DNA of 57,112 nt from assembly GCA_041740355.1 (NCBI GenBank), contig JBGSMD010000054.1, forward strand, positions 1 to 57,112. Direction: 5' to 3'. The notes beneath the pieces are model-generated. The model was not told the origin of the DNA, made no database searches, and was given only the letters and a program-made list of their open reading frames with translations. The stretch is from Bdellovibrionota bacterium. Lineage in GTDB: Bacteria > Bdellovibrionota_C > UBA2361 > CALJRW01. Both the position numbers and the translations under genes were made by a program. This document shows positions 39,679-49,921 of the stretch, one piece after another (positions within the stretch are counted from its first letter, which is position 1; every line of letters starts with the position of its first letter).

Positions 39679-40416
39679 TTACAAATCTAAAAAAATACTA
39701 TATCTGGTTTGTATTACATCATTTTTAAATTCTTTAAAATTTTCAATAGAATCTTCCAGTGACCCAACTCTCTGTTTATTAAAAAATATTTTTTTGCTCA
39801 CATCTTCAAAAAAATCTAATCCTAAAAATATAGCTATTTCGTTATAAAATTTCATATATTCTATTGAATCAAGATCTTCATAGTATACAATATGAAAATC
39901 CTGATTACCTTCTTTCAGTTTCAAAATTAAACTAGTAAAGTAATTCTCATAATTTTCAGCAAAATTTAGAAAATCTTTTGTATCAATATTAATTTTTACA
40001 GATGTTTTTAAATTACTCCATCTATCACTCATATTAGCATTTTTTAAAGAAATATAATTTCTGATAATATTTTTTCTGATTAAGATAATTTTTTTGAAAT
40101 TTTTATTGTTAATAACATAGTTTAATATACTTAAAGGTTTATTGTTTATGCTATTAATAAAAAATTTAAAGCCGAAAAACATGTTTTTTTTAGAAGAATA
40201 GATACTTAAAAGTTTTAAATATATCCTAGGGAACTTGAAACGAAATTTATTAATTTTAAGTTTTTCTAATTCAGGAGTTTTAAAAGAATAATATGGTTTT
40301 TTAGGATTAAAAATTTCGTAATGACAAACTATTTTTTTTTGAATATCCAAAAAATTTACTAACATATTACTCCCCGATCTTGGCTGTGTAATTATAACAA
40401 ATTTGTTAATTTTCAT
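39679..40416 (-). CDS. Sulfotransferase (Stf0-like)
   Basis: PAPS loop TQPRSGSN, HYEIFN, LIRKN...YIS, YEDL. Confidence 0.85.
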   Translation of the reverse strand: MKINKFVIITQPRSGSNMLVNFLDIQKKIVCHYEIFNPKKPYYSFKTPELEKLKINKFRFKFPRIYLKLLSIYSSKKNMFFGFKFFINSINNKPLSILNYVINNKNFKKIILIRKNIIRNYISLKNANMSDRWSNLKTSVKINIDTKDFLNFAENYENYFTSLILKLKEGNQDFHIVYYEDLDSIEYMKFYNEIAIFLGLDFFEDVSKKIFFNKQRVGSLEDSIENFKEFKNDVIQTRYSIFLDL

Positions 40417-40419
40417 AAT

Positions 40420-42747
40420 TTAAAATTTGGTTACAAGGTTTTTAATAATTAAAAAAACTTCTCTTTTATGTTTTTTATTAAAATATTTAAATTTATAATT
40501 GTATACAAGAAGTATATCTTTTATTTTGTTAAATAAACTTGTTTTATAAAAAAGCTCCTTATTATATAATCTTCCTTCAATTCTACCATGTATTATATAA
40601 TGATCATATAATTCTGAATTGTTTTTAATATACCTAATATCAGGATAACGTTGTTTATAAAAATCAAAATCAAAATCTGGAATTGAAAAATTTACAACAA
40701 CATCTTCTTTTCTGTTTTTAAATAAATTTTTTAAATTATAGTGTAAAATATTTTTATTTGTATTCCATTTCCATAAATCATTAACCCCAATCACAATATC
40801 TTTGCTAGGATTAAATTTATATTTCCTAAGCCATTTTTCTCGTATACCATGTAGTCTATTAACCCTGTCCCCATGCCATAGATGAAAAACAGTACCCTCG
40901 ATACAGGAAACATTACCTTTCACATATTCTTTAACAGGAATAGACCATTTTAAAATATCTTTACGCATTTTTTTAGGAAAATGCTTAAGAACTCCATACA
41001 GATTTTTATTGAGGAATGTTTCTGACATTATATAATCCCCGAAACCAATAATACTTTTATCATAAAATCCATACTTATCTATAAAAACACGCTTGGCAGC
41101 CCACGCAAAACCTGCGTGTCGTACCATGCCTTCTTGGTATTTCTTATAGCCTACAGAAAATTCCTTTTGATTATTTTCCCTACCACTATCAAGATTTTCA
41201 ACATCTTTTGAGAAATCATAATCATCTTTTGGTAAACGAACAGAGTTTGTAAAAGGTTGAATAATATCATAGAACTGAAGTTCTTTTATTGTATCTTGAG
41301 CCCATAAATTATTTGAAAAAACAATGTCGCAATCTAACCAAGCGACATAATCACAATCTTTTGGTAAATTTTTTAAAGCAATTGTAAGCAATCTTTCTTT
41401 CTGCCACATTAGGTTTTCATCTTCTCCTTGTATTTGAATCAATATATCTGAATCATTTTTTTTTATTTCAAATGATTTATCAAAAGATACTTCAACAGTT
41501 AGCAATTTAACACCTTGCTTTGTAAGATTTTCTTTAAAGATTTTAAAGTTTTCATATTTATTAATGTATTTTGCCGGATTGTAGTATGAAGTTATTGCAT
41601 ATAATTTTTTAGGGAGTTTTATATCCCTATATATTATTGAGGCAAATGTTTTGTATATAAAGAAATATTTATTTATAATATTTTCAATAGAAAAATCTTC
41701 TTGAATTCTTTTTTTAGAATCTTGGTTTAAATACGAATGTCCATTAAAAAAGTTCTTTATTTTTTCTATAAACTCTTTTTCAATAAAATCTGAAGTCAAA
41801 AAAGATTCAGGATAATTAGCTGACAATTCTGTTGTAAAAGTATTTTTTAAAGCAATAAAACCCTTACCAGAAGATATCCAATCAGAAATTGTCCCTGAAC
41901 CAGCCATTTTTTCATGAGGAACAATACCTAAATCTGATATCTGTAAATAATCGAAATAGTCTTCAGAGGACAGGCTTCCTGTAAAAATAACCCTTTTCTC
42001 TAGTTTATTTATTTTTACAAGGTCTTGTAAATCTTCATAATATTTTTTATTACGAATATTACTTGCACCACCTGCAATGATAAGAACATATTCTTCAGGT
42101 AGTTTTTTTAAACACCTGATTACAAAATCATATTTTTTTCTTCCGTAAACATGCCCCAGTATTGTTAATATTTTGTTTTTTTGAAGTTTTAATTTCTTTC
42201 TTAAATCACTTTCTTTTATTGGTTTAACGTTACTTTTAAGATGATGTTGAACTAAGTAGGTGTTTTTAAAGTTTTCGTTTTTTATAAAATCATGCTCCTG
42301 TAATGAAAAAACTGTTACAGCTTGTGCATATTTTGCTAAAATCCTAATAGCATTTAGATTGTTTTTTTTTAAATTAATTAAGAATAGATCATGCAATGTT
42401 ACAATAATAGGAATTTTTACTTGTGATAAAAATTTTTCTAAAGTCTGTAAATGTTTTTCTTCCCCACCCCAAAAAGCTTCCGAGTTTAATACATATTGTA
42501 AATGAACGATGTCTGTCTTGTTTATAATATCCACTGTATTAATAAATTCTTCATCAATACATACTTTTTCAAAGTTAATTACATGATCAATTGTTTTACT
42601 AGCTTCCAAACTAAGCTCTTTTCCGAAGATATTAACACCATGTAATTCAAAACCATGGTGAACAAAACCGACCTTAATGTTTTTAAGATCATCTTTTTTA
42701 TATTTTATTCTTTCTGGAATAATTTTAAGATTATTATTTTTAGACAC
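40420..42747 (-). CDS. Bifunctional glycosyltransferase (GT4 plus GT-A-like) with a C-terminal FDxxFY..HGxxEGR module
   Basis: TLHD, GRKKYD, VIFTG; WQKERLL, WLDCD, HLWHG; FDFDFYKQRYPDI..HGRIEGR. Confidence 0.8.
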   Translation of the reverse strand: MSKNNNLKIIPERIKYKKDDLKNIKVGFVHHGFELHGVNIFGKELSLEASKTIDHVINFEKVCIDEEFINTVDIINKTDIVHLQYVLNSEAFWGGEEKHLQTLEKFLSQVKIPIIVTLHDLFLINLKKNNLNAIRILAKYAQAVTVFSLQEHDFIKNENFKNTYLVQHHLKSNVKPIKESDLRKKLKLQKNKILTILGHVYGRKKYDFVIRCLKKLPEEYVLIIAGGASNIRNKKYYEDLQDLVKINKLEKRVIFTGSLSSEDYFDYLQISDLGIVPHEKMAGSGTISDWISSGKGFIALKNTFTTELSANYPESFLTSDFIEKEFIEKIKNFFNGHSYLNQDSKKRIQEDFSIENIINKYFFIYKTFASIIYRDIKLPKKLYAITSYYNPAKYINKYENFKIFKENLTKQGVKLLTVEVSFDKSFEIKKNDSDILIQIQGEDENLMWQKERLLTIALKNLPKDCDYVAWLDCDIVFSNNLWAQDTIKELQFYDIIQPFTNSVRLPKDDYDFSKDVENLDSGRENNQKEFSVGYKKYQEGMVRHAGFAWAAKRVFIDKYGFYDKSIIGFGDYIMSETFLNKNLYGVLKHFPKKMRKDILKWSIPVKEYVKGNVSCIEGTVFHLWHGDRVNRLHGIREKWLRKYKFNPSKDIVIGVNDLWKWNTNKNILHYNLKNLFKNRKEDVVVNFSIPDFDFDFYKQRYPDIRYIKNNSELYDHYIIHGRIEGRLYNKELFYKTSLFNKIKDILLVYNYKFKYFNKKHKREVFLIIKNLVTKF

Positions 42748-42758
42748 AAAAAACCCTT

Positions 42759-43853
42759 TTATTTCTTTATTTCCTTATAATATCTAACTATCTCTTTTGA
42801 GAAAAAATTAAAATCCTTACCTTGTATTTTAGCAAATGCCGAGTCTCCCATTTTAGATAAGTCCTGATCTTTAATTTTTTTAAGAGTAGCAATTAGCTCA
42901 TCTTCAGAGGAATAGCTTATTGCAAATTTATTATTAACCAACTCATTGAACATACTATGTCTTGGACAGATAATTGGTTTTGAAAAACTTTGAGCTAAAC
43001 AAACTGCTCCAGAGTTAGAGTTTAGACTTTCTTCGTAATTAAAAACTATAACATCGCTAGCACTTATATATTTAGCTAGCATCGAATCTGAAGTGTATTT
43101 GTCGATTAAAATAATATGATCATCTTCTATCAGATTTTTAATTTCTTCGACATATTTTTTTTTAAAGGCATTACCTATAATATATAGGTAATCGCTTTCT
43201 GTTTTGATTTTCTTAAAATTTCTTACTAAATCTGGAATCTTTTTATAAGGCCTTATGTAACCAAAGGTAAGGTATATAAAATCTGTTTTTTTTCTTTTTA
43301 TTTTTATTTTTGCTATTTTTTTATTTAGTTTTAAATCTTTAAACTCAGTATGATAGTGAGGGTGAAACAGTTTTTTTATTTTCTCTTTTGGAGCACCTAT
43401 TTTTTTTAAAACATTTACCTCGTATTCATTTAATGCAAAAATATAGGTAGAATATTCAATAAAAACATTATTAAGCTTTTCGTAAAAAATTTTATCTTGA
43501 GTAGCTAATTCATGAGGGAAAATATTATGAACTATCCAAAAAATTGGTATGTTTTTTTTATTTATTATGCTTAAAACTTCTTCTGTTTTATGAAGATCAG
43601 ATTCTATATTTAGTGAATCTTTAAAAACTATTTCTGCCCAATTGATAATTACCAGATCATACTGTTCAATCTTAGCAATATTAAATATTTTATTGCTTTT
43701 TAGAAAATCGACCTCCAATAAATTTCTTATTAAGTATTTTTCTATATATTTTGTAAAATCTTCATACCCCAAAAGTAAAACTTTTGGTTTCTTTACAGTT
43801 ATTACTCTATTAAAGATTAATATTTTTTGAATGTATTTTTTAAGAAAAATCAT
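42759..43853 (-). CDS. GT4 family glycosyltransferase
   Basis: WIVHNIFPHE, FGYIRPYK, SDVIV, SGAV.LA.SFSKPII. Confidence 0.85.
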   Translation of the reverse strand: MIFLKKYIQKILIFNRVITVKKPKVLLLGYEDFTKYIEKYLIRNLLEVDFLKSNKIFNIAKIEQYDLVIINWAEIVFKDSLNIESDLHKTEEVLSIINKKNIPIFWIVHNIFPHELATQDKIFYEKLNNVFIEYSTYIFALNEYEVNVLKKIGAPKEKIKKLFHPHYHTEFKDLKLNKKIAKIKIKRKKTDFIYLTFGYIRPYKKIPDLVRNFKKIKTESDYLYIIGNAFKKKYVEEIKNLIEDDHIILIDKYTSDSMLAKYISASDVIVFNYEESLNSNSGAVCLAQSFSKPIICPRHSMFNELVNNKFAISYSSEDELIATLKKIKDQDLSKMGDSAFAKIQGKDFNFFSKEIVRYYKEIKK

Positions 43854-44227
43854 ATTAATTTTTATTTATTTTTTGAATCTAAATCAATAATATGTTCACC
43901 AAGTTTAATTTGGTTTTTATTATGACTATTAACAATTCTTGCCTTAATTATCAATTTCTTTAACTAACATATCTATGATAATATTTTCATTAGAATTTGT
44001 TGCTTCATGATCTTCCCCAGATCTTGGGACTACCGTTTCTATTATAAGCGTAAGATTAGCAATTATGCTAATTTTAATTTAATAGAATTAAGGAGCAAAA
44101 ATGCCAACCCCTATGCATTTCATAGGACTGGTCTATCTTCCCTGATATTTCCAGATACACTAGTAGAAATTAGCAAATCATCAAAAATTAGAAATCTCCA
44201 GTAAGATTTTAAACTACGGATGACTGA

Positions 44228-44943
44228 ATTCAACCCGACCATTCTTGGATTGAGCTTCACTGGAACAAAGCACGAGAGATTGATGCTCCAGTGCTATTAG
44301 TCTTTGATAAAATACAAAAAATAAAAAGCTGGAGGGAGTCAGTCAAAAAACTTTTCGATCAAGATAGAGCTAAAAAAAGATTAAAGTAGTATTTCAAGGA
44401 TCTGCTAGCCTTTCATTGGAGAAGGGAATAACGGAAAGCCTGGCTGGACGCTATGAAATAATCTTAGCTACAGACTGGACCTAGTTAGAATGTCAGCAAG
44501 TATTTAATTGGAATTTGAATCAATACCTACGGTTTGGTAGCTACCCTGCTGCTCAAGAATTAATTCAAGATGAAAAACGATGGCAGGAATTTATGAGATT
44601 CTCAGTAATCGAACCAGTTATTTCCAGAGATATTTTAGGATTAAGATCAATTAATAAACCAGCACTATTTAAACAAACCTTTGAACTTTGATTAAAATAT
44701 CCTGCTGGGGAAGTTTCCTTAAATAAAATCCTAAGTTCGCTGCAAGATAAAGGAAATATAGTTATGACAAAAAGCAATTTCCGAATATTAAAAAGTTAAT
44801 TTTGTGGTTTTGTCATAACTATATGATTTTATTATCCCTGCGGGGGATATTAAGCCCGATATCCAAAAGCTGTTCCAATTATTATTAACAATGATAACTT
44901 TGAAAAAGTTATACTCAGCAAGAGTATCCAGGATTGTAGTTAA
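44228..44943 (+). pseudogene. AAA+ ATP-binding protein (AAA_14/DUF4143 type) pseudogene interrupted by a MITE
   Basis: Manual translation: LLVFDKIQKIKSW (decayed Walker B), frameshift near 44380, GSASLSLEKGITESLAGRYE, stop, YLRFGSYP, ISRDI, stop, LQDKGN, then the MITE. Possible C-terminal tail at 44857-44943. Confidence 0.8.
44757..44857 (+). mobile_element. Truncated MITE family B copy
   Basis: TATAGTTATGACAAAAAGCAATTTCC..TTTTGTCATAACTATATGATTTT..ATCCCTGCGGGGGAT matches 29685-29787. Confidence 0.85.
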
Positions 44944-44953
44944 CCCTCGTCAC

Positions 44954-46210
44954 CTAGGAAATTCCAATATCTTTCCGATATTGAGCACCCTGAAAAGAGA
45001 TCCCAGATAATGCTTGGTATGCTTTCTCCCGAGCAGTCTGTAAGTCATTACCAATAGCAGTGACACTTAAAACTCTACCCCCAGCAGTTACTAATTTATC
45101 ATCCTGCTGACCAGTGCCAGCATGAAAGACAGCAATGTCCTGATGATTTTTGATTTGCTCTAAACCTTCAATTGAATCTCCTGTTCTAACTTTTTCTGGA
45201 TAACCATGCGAAGCCATTACTACGCAAACCGCTGTGTGATCATGCCACTTCATGTCAGGCAACTCGTCACCATTGGTTAATATTTCTAGAAGATGCAAGA
45301 AGTCTGAATCCATACGGCGGAGAATTACTTGCGTTTCAGGATCTCCCAAACGGGCATTAAATTCTAAAATATTAATTGTTCCATCTTCCGCGATCATCAG
45401 GCCGGCATAAAGAAAACCGCGATAATAAATCCCACGTTTTTCTAATTCTTTTACAACAGGAACAATTACTTGCACTAAAACTTCATCCTCTTGAGCACGG
45501 GTAAGTCTAGGTGTTGGACTAACAGTCCCCATCCCACCAGTATTAGGACCTAAGTTATCATCAAAAATTGGTTTGTAATCATGAGAGCTAGCCATGGGTA
45601 CAATTCTTCGCCCATCAACAGCTACAATAAAAGAAGCTTCCACTCCTTTTAAAAATTCTTCGGCAACAACTTTCTTGGCTTGAAATTCATTAAAGAGTTT
45701 ATCGGCAGCTTCCTGTGCTTCTGCCCCAGTCTGACAAACAAATACTCCCTTACCTGCGGCCAAACCATCAGCCTTAAGTACGATTGGTTTGTTATTAGCA
45801 ATTAGAAAATCCTTAAGTTCTCGCAAATCTGTAAACTCTTGATAGCCAGCAGTTGGAACAATTGCGGCAGTCATAATTTCTTTAGCAAAACTTTTTGATC
45901 CTTCAAGCCTAGCGGCAGCCTGCGTTGGCCCAAATATTTTTAAACCAGCATTTTCAAAAGCATCAACAATTCCTAAGCTAAGCGGCAATTCAGGACCAAC
46001 AATAGTTAAATCAATTTTTTCTTGTAAGGCAAAATCTTTTAAAGCAGAAATGTCCGAATCTTTAATTGGCAGACACTCTGCAAATTCAGCCATTCCAGGA
46101 TTTCCTGGAGCTACAAAAAGTTTAGTGAGTTTATTAGATTGACTAAGCTTCCAACAAATTGCGTGCTCTCTGGCACCTCCACCAATTACTAATACTCTCA
46201 TATCTGCCAA
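44954..46210 (-). CDS. purD: Phosphoribosylamine-glycine ligase
   Basis: GGGAREHA, KADGLAAGKGV, GPNTGGMG, EFNARLGDPE. Confidence 0.97.
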   Translation of the reverse strand: MADMRVLVIGGGAREHAICWKLSQSNKLTKLFVAPGNPGMAEFAECLPIKDSDISALKDFALQEKIDLTIVGPELPLSLGIVDAFENAGLKIFGPTQAAARLEGSKSFAKEIMTAAIVPTAGYQEFTDLRELKDFLIANNKPIVLKADGLAAGKGVFVCQTGAEAQEAADKLFNEFQAKKVVAEEFLKGVEASFIVAVDGRRIVPMASSHDYKPIFDDNLGPNTGGMGTVSPTPRLTRAQEDEVLVQVIVPVVKELEKRGIYYRGFLYAGLMIAEDGTINILEFNARLGDPETQVILRRMDSDFLHLLEILTNGDELPDMKWHDHTAVCVVMASHGYPEKVRTGDSIEGLEQIKNHQDIAVFHAGTGQQDDKLVTAGGRVLSVTAIGNDLQTAREKAYQALSGISFQGAQYRKDIGIS

Positions 46211-46213
46211 CTA

Positions 46214-47758
46214 TTAATGTCTAAAATGACGATCTGTCGTAAAAAGCAAACTAATTCCAAGTTTTTCTGCTGTAGCAATAACTTCAGCATCTTGCTTGGC
46301 ACCACCCGTTACAATAATTGCTTTCACACCAGCTGCAGCTAAGGTTTCCACTGAATCTGCAAAGGGAAAGAAAGCATCAGAAGCTGCGACTGCTCCTTGT
46401 AAGTTATGATTATGAATTCGGGATTTTTGAAGTGCTAGTTCTACAGAATCAATTCTACTCATCTGCCCTGCCCCTGTTGCTAATAACAACTGGTCCTTAA
46501 CAATAACAATGGCATTAGACTTTACCGACTTACAAATTTGCCAAGCAAAATCTAAATCTAAATATTCTTGTTCAGAACATTTACGTGAAGTTTTAAGCTC
46601 TGCTTCTCTTACAGAGGAAACTTTTGAATCAACCGTTTGCAGTAAAAATCCACCAGCACAACTACGCCATTCGCTACTTGGCCATTTGCTAAGATCAGCT
46701 TGAATCAAACGAATGTTTTTTCTGGCACTCAAAACTTCTAAGGCTGCTGGATCAAACTCAGGAGCAATAACTATTTCGCAAAAGTCGCCAATAATATTTT
46801 CCGCAGTTGCCAGTTCTAACTTCTGATTAAATGCAATGATTCCACCAAAATGACTCCGTGGGTCGCTCAGTTTTGCTTGCTCTAGGGCTTTCAACTGCGT
46901 ACCTGCCAGAGCTGCCCCACAAGGATTTAAATGCTTAATTATCACTGCTAAGTGTTGATTAGTTTGAACTGCTGTTAGAGCGGACAATGCCGCATCAAAA
47001 TCTAAGAAATTATTGTACGACAATTCCTTACCAGCCAATTGTTTCCAAGCAGAATTTTCCTTGCCAACTGCTTGATAAAAAATTGCTTGTTGATGTGGGT
47101 TCTCGCCATATCTCAGGGTTTGATTTGCTTCTAATACAAATCCATTCACGGGACTAAACGTAGAATCACTAACTTCCAGACCTGAAAAATATTTACTAAT
47201 TGCCAAATCGTAGTTAGCCACTTGAGTAAAGACTTTAATCGCTAATTGATTACGGAAATTTCGATCTTCATTTTTTGATTCCAAACTTGCGATCACACTT
47301 GGATAGTCTTGCGGATCGATGACAGCATAAACATTAGTAAAATTTTTTGCCGCAGCACGAATCATTGTCGGTCCACCAACATCAATTAATTCGACCATCT
47401 TTTGATAATCTTCCGCTTTTTCAGAATTAAGATTTTGAATAAAGGGATAAAGATTCACGGCAACAATATCAATCTGATAACCATCAATCGAAGCCAAGTC
47501 TGCTAAATGCGCCGGGTTTCTTTTAGCTAAAATCCCAGCATGTACTTTTGGATGTAAAGTCTTTACGCGACCTTCTAATATTTCTGGCTGGCCAGTGTAA
47601 TCTTCAACCAAGGTAACCTTTACGCCCGCCTCTTGGAGGTACTTAGCAGATCCACTAGAAGATAAGATAATGTATCCAAGCTGTTCTAACTTTTTAGCAA
47701 ATTCTAGAATTCCTGTTTTATCATATACGCTAATAAGGGCAGCTTTTGATTGAGACAT
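46214..47758 (-). CDS. purH: AICAR transformylase/IMP cyclohydrolase
   Basis: ALISVYDK, GRVKTLHP, LRYGENPHQ, KHLNPCG, SDAFFPF, RHFRH. Confidence 0.97.
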   Translation of the reverse strand: MSQSKAALISVYDKTGILEFAKKLEQLGYIILSSSGSAKYLQEAGVKVTLVEDYTGQPEILEGRVKTLHPKVHAGILAKRNPAHLADLASIDGYQIDIVAVNLYPFIQNLNSEKAEDYQKMVELIDVGGPTMIRAAAKNFTNVYAVIDPQDYPSVIASLESKNEDRNFRNQLAIKVFTQVANYDLAISKYFSGLEVSDSTFSPVNGFVLEANQTLRYGENPHQQAIFYQAVGKENSAWKQLAGKELSYNNFLDFDAALSALTAVQTNQHLAVIIKHLNPCGAALAGTQLKALEQAKLSDPRSHFGGIIAFNQKLELATAENIIGDFCEIVIAPEFDPAALEVLSARKNIRLIQADLSKWPSSEWRSCAGGFLLQTVDSKVSSVREAELKTSRKCSEQEYLDLDFAWQICKSVKSNAIVIVKDQLLLATGAGQMSRIDSVELALQKSRIHNHNLQGAVAASDAFFPFADSVETLAAAGVKAIIVTGGAKQDAEVIATAEKLGISLLFTTDRHFRH

Positions 47759-47932
47759 ATTGTTTTGTTAGATCTAAAATAGAGAGTTCTATGGTATAGC
47801 ATCTTTTCTAAAATGTTCAAATAAATCACCAAACTAACCGTTCTGTTCAGGCCAATATAATTTCAAAATTGGATATATTTTCTCTTTATGGCTGACAAAG
47901 GCTGTGACTAAAAAATGGACTTTTAGAATATC

Positions 47933-49789
47933 TTAGAACTCATCCATTGTATCTGGAGCTATCACCGGATCAGGGCTCTCATTAATCGGCTCTTTGGAAA
48001 AATCACTTAAAGTGTCCTCAGTGAGCTCGGACGGAGCGGATTCTGACATTTTTGTTAAGATAATTTTTTTAATCTGCTCATACTGGGTTTGATAATCCAA
48101 ACCTCGGAGTAATGCTAATAAATCAATCTCTGAAATAAGATAATTAAGCTCTAAACTTTCAGTGGAAATTTCATTGATCAGATCGGCAATCTCTGTGCTG
48201 TAGTAATTAACTTTTTCCTGAATCATACTATAGACTGAAATTTCTAATTCTTTCATCGCATTCTTTCTCTGATTTAATTGCGACTTTACTTTTTGAGCTA
48301 AGGCTTGATTCTCAGGTTGGGATTGCATTAAGTTTAAATTTTGTAAATATTCCCAACTTGCTTCCTGAAAGGCAGTTTGCTTTTCTAGGATCTGCTCCGA
48401 TAACGAACTGAGCTCCTCAGATAAGGACATTGCACCATTTAATTCAAGTTTTTTACGTAGTCCAAACCAAAAGGAAAGCTGTTTGTTTAAACCAATTAAT
48501 TCTGCTTTTTTAGTACTAAGCTGACTGTTCAGTGAATCAAATTTATCTTCTAATTCTTGATCTTTCTGTAAGAGTGTTAAGTAATCAGATTCGACTGCCA
48601 AGGAGGATAAATACTTGTTTGCAATAACTTGTAGACGATCTTGATCAATTACTGGCTCTGAATCATCTCGAAACTCTTTAAGCTCAGCAAGTTTACTTAC
48701 TGTCTCAGAATGCTTTTGCTCAATTATTGCCTCTTCTGTCTTTTTCACAGATGTTATTTTTTCTATTACGGAAAGATCGTCATCAAGGAAATAAATTAAA
48801 CTTGCAACAACAGCCAAGATAGCTAATATAAATGAAACATTACGCCAGTTGTTTTTTGCTGTCTTTTCTTGTTGAAAATCAATCCCATAGCGATCAAACG
48901 CGGCTGAGTGACGAAGCAGGACACGCTCAAAGGATTCTTCCTCGATGTAGCCGGGCATATCTTTGAAACTAATTGGTACTAAGTCGTAGTGAATTGCATC
49001 TTTTTGTGGATCAAATGGTGAATCTTTAACATTCACAATAAAAACAGTGATATTATCTGTACCACCACGCTCATTGGCAACGGAAATCAATTTACTAGCC
49101 GCAGCTTCGGGAGTATTATTAGAAATAATTTTTTTGATCTCAGAATCTGTGACCAAATTATACAAACCATCCGAACAAAGTAAGTAAGAGTCACCTCGGA
49201 AAGAGCCTGGTTTCTCCAAATAGCAATCAATCTCTACTTTAACGGCAGGTCCCAAACAGCGAGTTAACATGTGAGAAACCGGATGATCTTCCGCCTGTTC
49301 TGCAGTGATGATACCTGCTTTAAATAACTCGTTAACTAAAGTGTGATCTTCTGTGAGCTGTCTGATTTCTTTGTTTCTTACTAAATACGCGCGCGAATCG
49401 CCGACGTTTGTGATGTACAGCTCTTTAGCTGTAAAAATAAGCATGACACAAGTTGTTCCCATTCCCGCTAAATGGCGTTGATCAATACTATGATTGAAAA
49501 TCTTTTCGTTCGCTTCCATTAAGATGCGATAGATATCTTCTGGAACTACATTTTCAAGTTTTGCAAATTGCTCGGTTAAATGATCAATGGTCATTTGCGA
49601 GGCAGTGGATCCACCATTAGCACCCCCCATCCCATCAGCAACAATAAAAACTTTGAAATTATCTTTTATTACTTGGCCATAACGATCTTGATTCTCAGTA
49701 CGTTTTTCACCTACGTCTGTCTTAGAGGAAAATTCCAAGTTTTGATGAAGTAAAATTGATGTCTTGGATTGTTTTTCAGACATGGTCAA
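47933..49789 (-). CDS. PP2C (Stp1-like) Ser/Thr phosphatase with a TM segment and C-terminal coiled coil
   Basis: TDVG.KR.ENQD, VADGMGG, NVGDSR, CSDGL, GGTDNIT. Confidence 0.92.
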   Translation of the reverse strand: MTMSEKQSKTSILLHQNLEFSSKTDVGEKRTENQDRYGQVIKDNFKVFIVADGMGGANGGSTASQMTIDHLTEQFAKLENVVPEDIYRILMEANEKIFNHSIDQRHLAGMGTTCVMLIFTAKELYITNVGDSRAYLVRNKEIRQLTEDHTLVNELFKAGIITAEQAEDHPVSHMLTRCLGPAVKVEIDCYLEKPGSFRGDSYLLCSDGLYNLVTDSEIKKIISNNTPEAAASKLISVANERGGTDNITVFIVNVKDSPFDPQKDAIHYDLVPISFKDMPGYIEEESFERVLLRHSAAFDRYGIDFQQEKTAKNNWRNVSFILAILAVVASLIYFLDDDLSVIEKITSVKKTEEAIIEQKHSETVSKLAELKEFRDDSEPVIDQDRLQVIANKYLSSLAVESDYLTLLQKDQELEDKFDSLNSQLSTKKAELIGLNKQLSFWFGLRKKLELNGAMSLSEELSSLSEQILEKQTAFQEASWEYLQNLNLMQSQPENQALAQKVKSQLNQRKNAMKELEISVYSMIQEKVNYYSTEIADLINEISTESLELNYLISEIDLLALLRGLDYQTQYEQIKKIILTKMSESAPSELTEDTLSDFSKEPINESPDPVIAPDTMDEF

Positions 49790-49921
49790 AAATCGCGCAA
49801 TAAAATTTTGGCATTTGCCTAGCTAGTCTCTTAATATTAATATACTTAGTTACTCAAAGTGATTCTAAGTAAGATTCTTAACCAGATCACAAATAATTCA
49901 ATGTTTCTAACTTAGCTCCAA

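Noticed and set aside
44007-44777. ORFs 44007-44204 and 44565-44777 as real genes
   Set aside because: The second is antisense to the ATPase pseudogene; the first has no recognisable features.
47759-47932. ZMP/ZTP riboswitch upstream of purH
   Set aside because: The conserved GC-rich motifs are not visible; the region is AT-rich.
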